NCBI GenBank assembly: GCA_001662655.1
Contig: KV460268.1
Source: Pseudogymnoascus verrucosus
Taxonomy: Eukaryota
DNA length: 64,000 bases
Reading direction: 5' to 3' (one strand)
Shown here: piece by piece, positions 28,004 to 40,613 of the stretch
How the letters are laid out: each line of letters starts with the position of its first letter
Position numbering within the stretch: the stretch's first letter is position 1
Position numbers and translations under genes: made by a program
The notes under the pieces: model-generated
What the model was told of the DNA's origin: nothing
The model's database searches: none
The model's input: only the letters and a program-made list of their open reading frames with translations

Positions 28004-29171
28004 TCAATTAAGTACCTTCCAAGTGGCACTCACCCCCCATCTCACACCATCAACATCGACCTCCCAAGCAGGTCCCTTAACACCAACCACCTTTCCCACT
28101 GCCGCTTGTTCTCCCTTTCTAATGCCCTCACTCATTCCCTCCTCTCCTCCCAGCATCATACGAATCGGGTATACACCCCCCCCCTCATAACTGTTGCTGC
28201 CCACCCGACGACCCCTGACAAGAGTCATCCCAGCCCCATAGCCTCCTGTAACTTCATCCACCGCAATCTTGATCTTCCATCCATCTTCTCGAACAGGATT
28301 CCTGGCACTCCTCGCCGCCTGACTTTCACGGTCGACAAGCCAGCCTCTAACCTCCGCAGCCAGGCCTCCGGCCAAGAATTTCTGCCCCCTCCGTCGCGGG
28401 GAGAAATGCTCTGGGAGAGGCTCCACAGCTGCTTCGCGTTCTTCGTCCGGAGGTTTGAAGCGTGGTGGTCGGAGGAAAGCATCGGCGGATTCAATAGGAG
28501 CAGGTGTGGACGAAGTGGGCTTCGAAGGTGTCGAGAGGACGAAGCGCGGAGCACTGGGAGGAGGGCGATAAGCTGGAGGAGGTGGTGACGACAAAGTTGG
28601 CGGCTCCATAGCGAGCAGATCTTCAAAGTCATCATCCATTCCATGACCATGCTTCTGTTGGTCAAGCTCTTCATCCTCATCCTCGAAGTCAACATTGGTA
28701 TCGCCATAATTTCCACCATCGCAAGGCTGGGAGCTGAGAATCGGTTCCAAGCTCAGCCTCCTCCGTTTCAATGCCGGGCTTTGAAAGGCTACCTCTTCAT
28801 CATCCTCCCATGTCTGTGAGTGTAAATCCGCATATGCCGCTCGACGCCTTTCATTTAATCTTGCCACGTGATCATCCTGCTCATCGTCCTTTCCACGATG
28901 TCCGCTCACCCCCATGCTGGCAGCCGTATTAAATCGAGGCGTGTTCACAGCATGCTGAGATCCAATAATTCCTGCGCCCTGCGAGGCTGCAAAAGAGAAT
29001 CTCGGTGTGGCCTTAAACTGAGGCGCGCTGGACTGGGGTGCATGTTGGCTTGAGGCGGGCCGGCTAGGGTTCTTTATGACGAAGCGGTGAGGCGATGGTG
29101 TCTTCACAGTCTATTAGCTACATTATATGCCTCTGGAAAATGGCGTGGCTCACCACCGGTGGTGGAGACAT
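28004..29171 (-). CDS. Conserved-looking fungal hypothetical protein (disordered N-terminus, FSPRRRGQKFLAGGLAAEVRGW C-terminal domain)
   Basis: 367-aa ORF. Probable first exon ATG 29171 with a 43-nt intron 29111-29153 that joins in frame. Confidence 0.7.
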
Positions 29172-29583
29172 TGGTCTACATGGCTCCGAGGTATGAGTAA
29201 ATTTGGAGAGTATCGCGCGTCTCACTGTGTTGGGGCACGTCCAAGGCGGTGGACAAGGGCAGAACTTTGGCTGGTCAATGGAAAGCGAATGACGAGGTTG
29301 GTCAAACTGCACTTTAACAAACAACTTTTAAATGCCTTTCTTGAAAATTTAAGAGTAGCTTTAAAATAGTCTCCGAATGAAGGAATAGGTAAAAACCCAT
29401 TCCCCCACCTCCCGACGAGTTACTACAAACAATTGGAACAAAGGTGAACTCTATGATGGAATGAGCTTCTGTAGAATTCACGGAGCTAATATTTAGGTTC
29501 GCTTTTTGTTTCCCACCTCCACATTTGATAATTTCGAGAAGAAGAGAAATGTTGTGAGATTTTTAATCCCTCGGACCTAACAT

Positions 29584-30319
29584 TTAGCAGTAAGGTAGTA
29601 ATGGATTTGAACAACTTCCCGCAATAAATGCCTGACTCGTTTTAGTAACGTCCGTCATAAACAGTTGTGCTGAGGGGTCCAAGATATGATCAATAACATG
29701 CACAATCCCCTAAAAGTATGTTAGCGATGGTTATTTTATGAAATCGTTTTTCTTACATTCGTGACGGGAAGATTCGCATCAGTAACAATCGAAACATCGT
29801 TGAGCACCAGCTGGCCCCCGACAATTTGAGTCCCGACATATAAGAAACTACCCGTTTGGATGCGAGTTGACGATGTGTTAAACGCCGAGGTTTTAAGCTG
29901 CGTGTTCGGGATATAATGGTGCTGGATTAGGTTGCCCAGCCACCATTTGCCCTTTGGTGTTGCGACAAACGTGGAGTAGTAAGCTCCGGTATTGTTGAAT
30001 GCTGTATTTGATGGTGCAAAGAACGTATAGGACCAAGTTGCCTGGGAATCGAAGGCTTGAAGAAACCCTTGGTTGGAATTAGGCCTCTATTCTCGCTGGG
30101 AAAAAGACACGGCATACCTCCACATTCTGCTAAAACGCCTGCAAGAGAAGTAAGGTCATCCCTCGATTTTATAAAGTCTAGCAGAGTCGTAACATTTGAG
30201 TTTTTAGGTGGGACATAAGTTCCCTCTGGCACCGTGGCATAAGTGAGAGGCTCACGATCGATGCGATCACACAGCCCAAGAGCAGTGAGAACGATCACAG
30301 AGAAGATACAAAGCTTCAT
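29584..30319 (-). CDS. Small secreted fasciclin (FAS1) domain protein (3 exons)
   Basis: Signal peptide MKLCIFSVIVLTALGLC. FAS1 H1 motif YTFFAPSNTAF, central HHYIP, H2 motif NGIVHVIDHILDP. Ends SCSNPLLPYC*. Confidence 0.88.
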
Positions 30320-30601
30320 CTTTTGCAGTTTTTATATTAGTTGTGAGAACAGAAGTAAGTGAACTGCGTTTATTATTGATTTGACAGTGGAATAGTGCTA
30401 CCAATAAACCGATCCAGCAACGGCCCAGAGCAGCAGTACACTATTCTAAAGAGAATCAGACTTAGAATTGCTTTTTCGGATGTGCCCCGGCATTCTTTGC
30501 GGTAAATACTGCAATAGTTTGATATAATGTCCTCGCACCGGATAATGGGCAAGGTTAGGTGCGGCAGGCCGCTGTAATGCCTCAAGACCCATGGAATTTG
30601 T

Positions 30602-30616
30602 CCGATACTTTCTCCG
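30602..30616 (+). promoter_or_regulatory. Candidate Zn2Cys6 site CCG-N9-CCG (CCGATACTTTCTCCG) in the divergent FAS1/GH27 promoter
   Basis: Near-identical to the motifs at 34592-34606 and 40327-40341 (reverse strand). Confidence 0.6.
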
Positions 30617-30754
30617 GGATCGTTGGATAGCCCCGTCTCGGGTTTTGGGAAGCAACGAAACCGTGAATTAAATAAAATCGACGGAGAGTAATATATGGCA
30701 GAGGACTGACCTATTCTTGTGCAAAAGATGGCTTTCCCAGAGAGTAAACTAAAA

Positions 30755-32172
30755 ATGCTGAAAAATATCACCGTCATTGCTTTGGTCGCTTTCGGCAGTC
30801 CTTGCCTTGGAAAGATTAGTTCTGCAAAACCACAGATGGGTCAGTCTTACTTTGAGCTTGTCTCGCCGATTACCATTTTGTCATCCAAGCCAAATCCTTA
30901 GAAGCTTGCTAATGTGTGACTTAAAAGGATGGAACACGTGGAATACCTTTAAGTCTCATATAAATCAGAGTCTCATTGAAAATACTGCTTCAACTCTAGT
31001 TTCCACGGGACTAGCGCGAGCAGGATATGAATATGTAGTCATCGATGAAGGATGGCAAGCTTATACTAGGGATGCAAATGGTCGCCAACAAGCCAATTCA
31101 ACCACCTTCCCATCTGGAATATCGGGAGTCGCAAAATACATCCATAAATTAAGTCTCAAGGTTGGTATTTATAGGTAAACCACTTCCATTCTGGCATAAT
31201 AGAAATGTACTTAATTAAACAGTGATGCCGGTATATATGACTGCGGATTCTTCCCAGGCAGTTATGGCTACGAAGAGCTTGATGCAAAGACATATGCTTC
31301 TTGGGGAGTAGACTACCTCAAATATGATAACTGCGGAGGCTTTCAGGCCAATACCCTCTCTGCCCAGGAACGCTTCACGATAATGGGAAACTCTCTCAAG
31401 AACTCCGGCAGAGACATATTTTACTCCCTTTGCCAGTGGGGCAATCAGTTTCCCTGGTTTTGGGCAGACCAGTTCAGCGATTCGTACCGCATGTCTGGCG
31501 ATATAACGTCTTCATTTGCAGCTGACAAGAGCGGTGTTTGTAAGACTGCGTATTGCCTTAATACCGGGTATGCGGGTGTTAGTGTTTTGACCATGATTCG
31601 AAAGATGAGAGAGATTTCTGGATTTCAGGCTCCTGGGTCTTGGGGTATGCACACCTTTCCAAGTTTCTTGGGCAAAAATTTGACAATTTCCAGCTGATAT
31701 GGACATGCTCGAGATTGGAACCGGCACCATGACCGAGTTTGAAGAACAAACGCATTTCTCATTTTGGGCAGCTCTCAAGTCACCACTTATCATCGGCGCC
31801 GACATAACTACAATTTCTAAGTCCTCGCTTGCAATTCTTCTCAATAAGGACGCCATTGCTATATCTCAAGATAATGCTGGAGTTGCGGCTTCGTACCTGC
31901 CGGATCTGTCTATCGAAGGTTCTGTTCAGATATGGGCTGGTCCACTAAGCACTGGAAACTCCAAATATGTAATCCTAGCTTTGAACGAAGGGCAGTCTGG
32001 AGTAAATATCACGATTCCGCTGAATGGCATCTTCAAGCCAGAGAATCTCGGGGCCCGTTACAAGGCCAGGGACGTATGGGACAGGAAGAACCTCGGAACC
32101 ATCGAAAGCGACATCACCTTGACGAATGTTTCTAGTCATCAGACCAAATTGCTAGTGCTCTCGAGAGAATAA
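30755..32172 (+). CDS. Secreted GH27 alpha-galactosidase / beta-L-arabinopyranosidase (4 exons)
   Basis: Signal peptide. PQMG|WNTWN, IDEGW, VDYLKYDNC (nucleophile), YSLCQWG, YRMSGDI (acid/base), DMDMLEIG, HFSFWAALKSPLIIG, C-terminal beta-sandwich. Confidence 0.93.
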
Positions 32173-32638
32173 TTTTTAAATAATACCTAGTTTATCGCAC
32201 TGGCCAGTACACTATGCTTTCCGGCCTTTTAGTCCTGTGATGGTATCTTGACATCCTTGAGTATCTTTAATTGCACCGGCCGAGGTCCGCCAGATCGCCC
32301 GGGAATTTATTGTCGACGATTCTCGTTAATCACTCGAATTGAGATGCGGAGTTACTGTGAGTAATAAGCCTGCAAGTTTAATAATACCCCTGCCATATAC
32401 ATACCGTATTTCAACTGCACACCTCATGCTCATTTTAGAGAAGGAGAAGGGCTAGGTCCGACTCCGCTTTACAGCTCCCGTCACCCGCATATGTTTGGAG
32501 TCCTCCATTGGAAGCTTCAATGAATTTCTTAATTATAATATCTAGATTACTTCTAGAGAATTCCCACTCTTCGTTCTGAAATTGGATAATAGGTCTGTAA
32601 TACACGGCTTTATTAACTACCTATCAACGGATATCATC

Positions 32639-34242
32639 ATGAAGGTATGCCTTTCTGCACAATCAACAAGTGCTTCGTCATATTTCATTGCGTTTACAAA
32701 GAAGCTCTTTTTCTAATTCGGTTTTAGATTTTCGAGTTCATTGTTGCACTGTCGTTCTTGGCGGATAACGTTGCAGGAACCGGTGGGCTGAATGGCCTCC
32801 CAGTCCTTAATGGACCCATCAACCCAGTCAGCAATGTCCAGGGGATGAAGAAAGGGCTCGGCGAATTTGTTCATCCCGGACTGTGGCATACGCATGATGA
32901 TTTGGAGCGTATCAGACTTGGTGTTAGCAAGGGACAAGATCCGTGGAAGAGTGCATATGCTAATTTCAGTCTTGACTCGTACTCCCAAGCTTCAGTGAGT
33001 TGGCTGTATCAACCTTCAATTATGTGGCTGCTAACACGCCACAAAGTATGTGATGCAAGGACCTAAACAAGTTCTCTGTCGAGGGCGTTGCAGTAACTAT
33101 ACGACCTTCACAAACGACGCCCGTGCTGCATACCAGAACGCACTGATGTGGTACATTACTAAGAACCAGAGTCACTGGGAACGGTCTACTACCATCTTAG
33201 ATGCATGGGGAACAAACCTTACGGACATCATTGGTACTGATACCTCGCTATTGGTTGCTTTGGAAGGAGATATTTTTGTGAACGCAGCGGAGATCATGAG
33301 GTGGGAAGGAAACTGGGTCGAAAAGGGTGCGGCAGCTTCTGGTGGATCAGGATTCTCTAACCAACTGTACTGGCTGTTTGCAAGACAGTCAATCATAATT
33401 GGACAAGCCAATTATGGATTGGCAAGCATCAAGGCTCTTCTTTCTTTTGCAGTCTACCTCGATGATATATCGATGGTAAAAATGTACATTTCTCTCAGAA
33501 GGCACGAAACTGACCCTTTATAGTATAACTACGCATTGAACGCGTATCAAAACGATCCTTGCGGAGGGTTGTATGGCAACTACCATCCGAAAACTGGACA
33601 GGGCTCTGAAACTGGGAGAGACCAAGGCCATGCTGTCACTGGGCTTGGGTGGGCAGCTTACGCAGCGAGGGTGATTCAATCCCAAGGAGTAGACGTCTAC
33701 TCTGTGGGAGACAATCTACTTCTCAAGGCCGCTGAATATGCGGCGAAATTTAACCTTAACAACGACGTGCCATTTGATCCCAAGTTCTATCGATGCGAGG
33801 CTATCTTGATTAATGGGCCATGGGCCAAGCCCTCAAACATCAGTCGTGGAATTAGCGCGACTAGCCCAAACGTATGGGATGTGAGTAGCCCCTTACCGAC
33901 AAGAGAATATAATTTAATATTGCAGATCATCTACTATCAATATGTTGTTAAGAGAGGTCTCAAAGCACCATGGACTACTAAGGCAAAACAAGCAAAGGAC
34001 GCTGTTGGAGGAGAACAACGGCGTAAGTATTTGAAATTTTCCTTTGCAAGTATGAACACAGCTGACACTGTCAATTTTTAGCAACTGGAAGCGGTCTCAG
34101 TGATCAGCCTAGCTGGGGAGAATTGATTTGGTCATATCCCGGACAAGGCAAGTTCAACAACGACAATGATCGGACAATCTGGGGGGGTGGAGTTATTGGC
34201 CCGGATGGGAACGGAAACATCAACGCTGTCAAACTAGTTTAA
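32639..34242 (+). CDS. Secreted alginate-lyase-domain (PF05426-like, (alpha/alpha)n toroid) polysaccharide lyase candidate (6 exons)
   Basis: MK|IFEFIVALSFLA signal peptide (intron 32645-32727). FVHPGLWHTHDDLERIR, DARAAYQNALMWYIT, ILDAWG, NAAEIMR, GQANYG, ETGRDQGH, LLKAAEYAAKFNL, DQPSWGELIW. Confidence 0.82.
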
Positions 34243-34579
34243 AATATAATCTTTTAAAGTTTGAACTTGTTGTCCTTAAAAATGTGAACCGTGAGAAAAA
34301 TATGACGAAAGATTCGGTTCGAGAATCCTATAGCAAAGGCGTGGATTAGAACTGGCAGGGCAGCACTCATGCTTGGTCGACTAAATAACCTTTAGGCGCA
34401 AGAACTGCTAGCATACATGTATCTGAAAAAAACTAAACAAGCATTTATCAATCGGCGTTTGTAGAGCCAACCCTTACATTCTATGCGGAGAAAAGTAAAT
34501 CCAAATCCTATGGTAGTGTGCTTTCATATTCGCATTGGCATTGGCCCTTGAGATCGTCGGCCATGGCCTGTGCGCAGAA

Positions 34580-34606
34580 CCGGCGCTCTTCCCGGTACTT
34601 CCCCCG
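34580..34606 (+). promoter_or_regulatory. Three CCG triplets at 12-bp period, including CCGGTACTTCCCCCG, in the GH88 promoter
   Basis: CCG at 34580, 34592 and 34604. The second spacer matches the cluster motif. Confidence 0.6.
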
Positions 34607-35023
34607 GCGCCCGGAGAGGAGATGGCCCCTTAGTCGGCCAAGGAACATCGCGACCTTCATTGATAGAAGGTAGGTAAATCGAGCAATCACTAATGCCGGG
34701 CGAGGTAGTCGGAAACCTTCCGTGTAATTATCCCTTGGTCCGACGGTCCGATTACTCCGAGTGAGCATTGTGTTCATTACTCTGGAGCCTCTTTGGCTCC
34801 TGGCCTCCTTGCTGAACATTGCCCCCTAGAGTTTTGGACTCGAGGCGGGCTGTAACTCTCCGCAATAAACTGGTAGCCTAGTCTACATAGGTATCATAAA
34901 TATAATTTCCTCATTTGTGCTCGACATGGTCATGACACGAGTACAAGAGAGTGAGGCTGCCTTGACCTATAGCTTCTCCCTTTGCCATCTATCTTAATTC
35001 AAATCCCCTCCACCGCCCTAATC

Positions 35024-36764
35024 ATGGTGGCCTCGACAAAAAGAGCCCAATCTACATTGGCTACCAACGGCGAGTTATCTGGCGATGCTGATTCTTTGGT
35101 GAGTTTATATCCACGAGCAACTTTGGAAGGAAAATGCTAAATTGGAACATAGAAGCGCAGGAAGACTGTGCAACCCTATAAACCGGCCAATGGCATCGGA
35201 CTTGTAACGCCACCTATAAGTAACTCTTTGAGCATGAGTCCAGCGGCGAATGGATGTCTATCAGCATTGTACTCCGCTTCAACAGTAGCAAAGATTTGGG
35301 GAGTTGCGCAACGGGCCTTGAATAAGGTGCGGATTATGGTATTAGGTGCTCAGTATTGAATGTTAACATGGTTCTAGTCAGCTCCGCCAACCCTCTATCC
35401 GGAATTTACAAAACCTGGAGGCACAGCATACGTTTATCGGGAGTCCGATTTTTGGACATCTGGATTCTTCCCCGGCTCCCTATACCTCCTTTTAGAGCGG
35501 CAACGAAAGTACCCTCAGATAGCCTTTCCTCCGTCATATTCTGATCTTCCTCAGACCCCACATACGCTTCAACTACAGTGAGATAATCTCCCATCTGAAC
35601 CTCCATATTATTGCTCTTAGTTTTCTTAAATTGATGCTAACTGTATGGTAGATATGCGTGCAAGTGGTGGACGGTGAATCTCCACAAGAACTCCCTTCTT
35701 ACTACCACCCATGACCTCAGCTTCATGATCTCCCCTTGGGCAAGGAAGGCCTGGGATATTGAAAATGACTCGAAGGCATATGAAACACTGATAACTTCCG
35801 CACGAACTTTAGCCACTCGATATAGTTCAAAAACAAAATGCCTACGGTCTTGGGACACCTGTGTTACGAAGAGGTATTCGTTTACAGATCCAAGCTTAGA
35901 CTTCTTGGTAATTATAGTAAGTTCTGCATCAAACCTCAGACGAATTACAGCATTCTAGTTTGTAGTACCTAATTATGAAGCCAGGATAACATGCTAAACC
36001 TCGACCTCCTCTTCTGGGCCGCTTCCGAACTCCGCGACTCGGCCCTCCGCGACATCGCCATTTCCCACGCCGAGTCAACGCAGACTCACCATATCCGCCC
36101 TGACTTTTCCACTACTCACGTTGTAAATTTCGACCAAGCTACCGGCGCCGTAAAGGCCAAGATGACTAACCAGGGTTACGACGACTTCTCCTGCTGGTCT
36201 CGCGGCCAGGCATGGGCCATCACCGGATTCGCCCAGACCTACAACTGGACGCACAACCCTTCTTTTCTTGCCACCGCCCGTGGTTGCGCAGATTACTTCC
36301 TCGCACACCTTCCCTCCAGCGGCGTCCCACCATGGGACTTCTCCGCGCCGGCCACATCCATCCAGCTCACTGACACCAGCGCCGGGATCATAGCCTGCTA
36401 TGGAATGCTCCTTCTGCACACCTCACTCGTGGCTCTTGGGCAGCCCTCCTCCTACCTAAAAGGTGCGCTCCACATCCTTTCCGGGCTGTGCACAACGCAG
36501 CTCTCTCCACCGGCACACTTCCACAGCGACCCCATCGTGATCCCTTCCGTTGAGCATGGGACGAGCAACGAATCTGGCGAGTTAGAAGTGGAAATGGGGA
36601 AGGGCGCGGAGACGATATTGGAGGGTTCGACGATTAATAACTATGAGTTTGCGCCTAGACAGTGGGCGGATCATGGGCTGGTTTATGCGGATTATTATTT
36701 CTTGCTTGTTGGGAACTTATTGCTAGATATGGGAATTGGAGGACACATCGCGGGCCAAGTTTGA
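35024..36764 (+). CDS. GH88 unsaturated glucuronyl hydrolase, intracellular (multi-exon)
   Basis: FWTSGFFPGSLY, THDLSF and VII|DNMLNL (the two catalytic-region Asp motifs of UGL), RSWD, WSRGQAW, PPWDF, DTSAG, YADYYF. No signal peptide. Confidence 0.92.
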
Positions 36765-37062
36765 GTGTGGCTTGGGAAAGAGCTGGGTTGTGAGTTTGGG
36801 TGACATACATAGATAGGCTAGTGATGACTCTGTGGTTTTTTGGTAGATGGCGAGACAGAGGTCATATAGAATGCAATGTTAGATACCTTTTGAGATCCAT
36901 ACTATGCCTAAATTTCTATAAAACTTTACAAGTCCCTACAGTCGAATAATAGCCACGCCAAAATATGACTTTCAATGCGCCGTGCCTAGGGATACCGTGG
37001 ATTTTCGATTCCCCTACATCGCCTCCCGCCTAACCTCTCAACCCAGTAGTTCCGCTCTCTAC

Positions 37063-39919
37063 TTATTCATCCCTTTCTCCTTCCTTCCCATTCTGCCCGG
37101 AAAACATACTGACCCTCTGCGTCGGCAAAAACGAATATGTTAACGGATTCTGATACTCAAATCCATACCCCATCCCCTCCTGTCCATAATCCTCCATGCC
37201 ACCTTGTCCTTGTTTTTCTGTGGAATCAAAGAACTCGCTGAGCTGCTGTATGTTGCTCATTCCCGGGGAGGGGTTAGCGCAATGGGGCTGGAAGGCCAGG
37301 GGGAGGGGCGGGAAGGCGAGTGAGATACTGTCTGGTGAACCTTCCTGGTCGGTGATAATGGTGCCGCCGCTCACTAGTTGCTGGCCAATCGGCAGGGCTA
37401 AGTGGGAGATGGAATTATTTGGCAGAGTGTCATTACGGTTTGTGTGGCTTGGTTGGGGCTGTGTGAGTTGTGAGACAAATGCTGTTTGCTGCGCAGAAGA
37501 ATTCTGGAGATTATCCTCCGAGTATGCCGCTTGTCGGATATCGAGGGCGTGCGGGCCTCGATCGCGAGCGTGAACTAATCGTGAGGCGAACTTGGAGGCG
37601 AGATTTTGAGATACCTCATATAACCCATCTTGGGCATGCGGGCCATTCCAGCGCCGCGAGATCTCTCGGAGGCTGTTCGTCAAGGAATCGAACTCCTGCG
37701 GTAGAGGAATATTATAGTGCAAAGTGTGCGCAAGTAACATTCGCCCGCTGATGAAGAGGCAGAATGCGAACTGGGGGTTTGTGAGGGAGATGGAGTCTTG
37801 CAGATATTTTTCCGCGATAATGGAGACCTCCATAGCAGCGGCTAGGCATGTTTCGGCGCTTGAGGTGGATGGGAGCCGAATGGACCTCGCTTGCCACTCT
37901 GGCGATGGATAGGCGATTCCCTGGTGCAGGAGCCCAACGGCTGTGTTGTGAGTTATGTGAGCCAAGGTCAAGTTCGGATCGAGGACACCATCGGCATTTA
38001 ATGCACACGCTTCTCGCCATTTTTCGGGTAAAAACAACCTCCATCTAAAACGATATTAGTGTATATTCGCAGTATTCAAACCAACTGGAAGCCAATCGCC
38101 AAAAGAAACTTACTGGACGAGCCTTAAGTCTAGCTCCTTGAAGCGCATCAACCACATCTGTACGTCCTGATCATTGGACATATTCACAGCTTGTCGCAAG
38201 AAAAAGGTTGTTACAAGACTCAGGCTCTCTGACGCCTCGATGCAATAAGCAAAACCGCCAATTAGGCGTTGGTCTTCAAGTTCGGGCCTCCAAGATGGCA
38301 GAGCTCCACCAGCGGTTTTATCTGCAACTCCGAAATACGGCGTCGGGGATTTAAGAGGCCTGCCTTCCTCCCACAATGCTCCTTCGCATGGAAGACGCCT
38401 TTTGGCATCGGCACTTGTTAATGAGAAGTTCCACCCAGTGGCTATACTGCAGAATCGATCCATCAAGAAAACATTCCAGAATACGCGCCGACGCTCCTCT
38501 CTCTCTATCCAACTATTACACGGAGGGAGGAAAGCCATACGCTTGATGAGAAATTCTTCAGCAGACTGAGATTGATCCTCTTCTTCTACGCTTAGTTGTA
38601 GCTGCTCAACGGTCCTCGTCATACTTCCAACAATAGACCAGGCCGAGGGCCCACGGCCGCTGCCAATCTAGAACATAGTTAGCAAATATCCTCACATGTG
38701 ACAGCTGGGAGTGCCTTACGGTGTCGAAAGCACAAATGACGAGAGCCTGCAGATTCTCAACAGAGAAGGATTCCATACTCTGCAGAATTACTATCTGCCT
38801 GCTCTTCGTGGAATATTTCATTCTCACTTCGGCGCTGCTGACCCTCGGGTCATTGGAGAATCGAATGCACAGAGACACAATAGCGTGGAATATCGTAGTT
38901 AATTTTTGACGCTGGGCGGGATTGGCCATTCGCTCACGAAATTGCTTCACATGAAGAATCGGAATCCAGGGATGTATACTACGAAAATAAATATCGACCA
39001 AGGCGTCGATCAAATCATCTGGGGGGAGGCAATATTCCTTGTCCTCTAACATTGACTGTGGTGCTGGCTGTGGCCTCTGTTGTTGCTCTTCTTCTCCTGT
39101 GCTGTAGGCGCGTCGACGCTTTAATGGGCTGGTTATGCTACCATCAGATGGATCGAAGTCGGCCGAAAGATGCGATAGGGTAGACTTAAGTCGACTTGTG
39201 TATACTTTCAGTGTCTCGCCGGCATTTGTGGCGGAGTCCAAGGATGTGGGTGTTTGAGCCTGGATGGAATTCAGGCAATTCCAGACCTGCTGCCACAGGA
39301 CCCCTTGCCCAAGAAACATATTTTCCAGGGTCGCTTTAAATGTTGTTAGCGGCTACATATCAAATATAACTGCTAACTAAGGAAGGCAATAGCATGGCCA
39401 TGATGTGTTCAGTTGTCTCGCAAGATTAGACTGATGGAACGAGCTTCATGCTTACTTTCCAATAGAAGGCAACGAGAGCGCAGGGAATATAGAAATTGAA
39501 TATTCGCGACGCAGAACAACAAGGGGAACGGCCCAAACATACCGACCCTTTGGTTGAGTTTCTCGACTACGCCTGTCCGTAACCCCGGCTTCATCTTTCG
39601 GTCGTCATACACACAATCAACATCTTAAAAGATATTAGAATAACCCAGTAATAGCTTTTAAATATTGCAGCTTACTGAATCTCACACAATGTGAACAGGG
39701 TTGCTTCCTCGAGCATCTTGCTTTCTTCTTGCGGCATGGCTGGCAACTAGATATATCATCAGTCTGGCTGGTTCCCTTTCCTCTCAGGGAAGACCATGCA
39801 ACTCACGCTGGGCCATCATCCTCTGCTCCTCCTTTGTGTCCCTTGCCACTGCCGGTATTCGACTCTTGTACGTGTAAATCATCATCGCTCACCGCATTCT
39901 CGGCAACGTTATTGCGCAT
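37063..39919 (-). CDS. Zn(II)2Cys6 transcription factor, probable cluster regulator (multi-exon)
   Basis: CQPCRKKKARCSRKQPCSHCVRF|..CVYDDRKMKPGLRTG. Middle domain YFRSIHPWIPILH, ESFSVENLQAL, EERRRVFWNVFLMDRF, NLTLAHITHNTA. Confidence 0.9.
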
Positions 39920-40326
39920 GTTTCGATGTAGGCGCGAAAGTTTCGCACATTTCATTTAAACATTTCATTCGCAAAGGCTCTACAAACATAAATAAATGGT
40001 GCTGAACAGCCCAGAGGTGCGGAGAAGGCTCGTGCTCCTCGCACATAAGCACGCTACAGGGGTATATACCAAGGTAGCGTGCGGGGTACCGATCTGTTGG
40101 AGGGATTTAAGAATTTACACTACCTACAGATCATGTGATTTCAGACCTTCCTCCTTTTTATTTTTGCTCTCTGCAGCAGCTAATATCTGCACGCATCGCA
40201 GACTCATAATTCCACAGGTCAGACCGGCTCTTACAGTGGAAATGCCATCCGTTGAATATAGCTAGGTTGCTAGGTATACCGGGCCCCCTCTAGTCCTCTT
40301 AGTCATCTCCTAACGTACTATCAGAG

Positions 40327-40353
40327 CGGAGGAAGTGTCGGAGTTTTCTCCGG
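40327..40353 (-). promoter_or_regulatory. Three CGG triplets at 12-bp period (reverse CCGACACTTCCTCCG) in the divergent TF/MFS promoter, overlapping a CreA-type GCGGAG
   Basis: CGG at 40327, 40339 and 40351. GCGGAG at 40326-40331. Confidence 0.6.
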
Positions 40354-40613
40354 CACAACACACCCCCCTCGTAACTGTTTCCCCACATCTACTTCGCTGT
40401 CCTAAATCTGCGGGGCCCCATACGGGGTGAAGCGGAGAGAGTGGAGCCGCTGAGTCCTAGTATCCATCTCTTCTCCGCGCCGGCCAATGCGATTAAATGT
40501 CTTAGCTATATATCTTGCATGCATCCATTTCAACTCTCATAACGCTCATTACGCTGATTCTCTCTATCACCCAAAACCAAAATAGCAACAGACAATATTG
40601 CGCAGCTAGCAGC

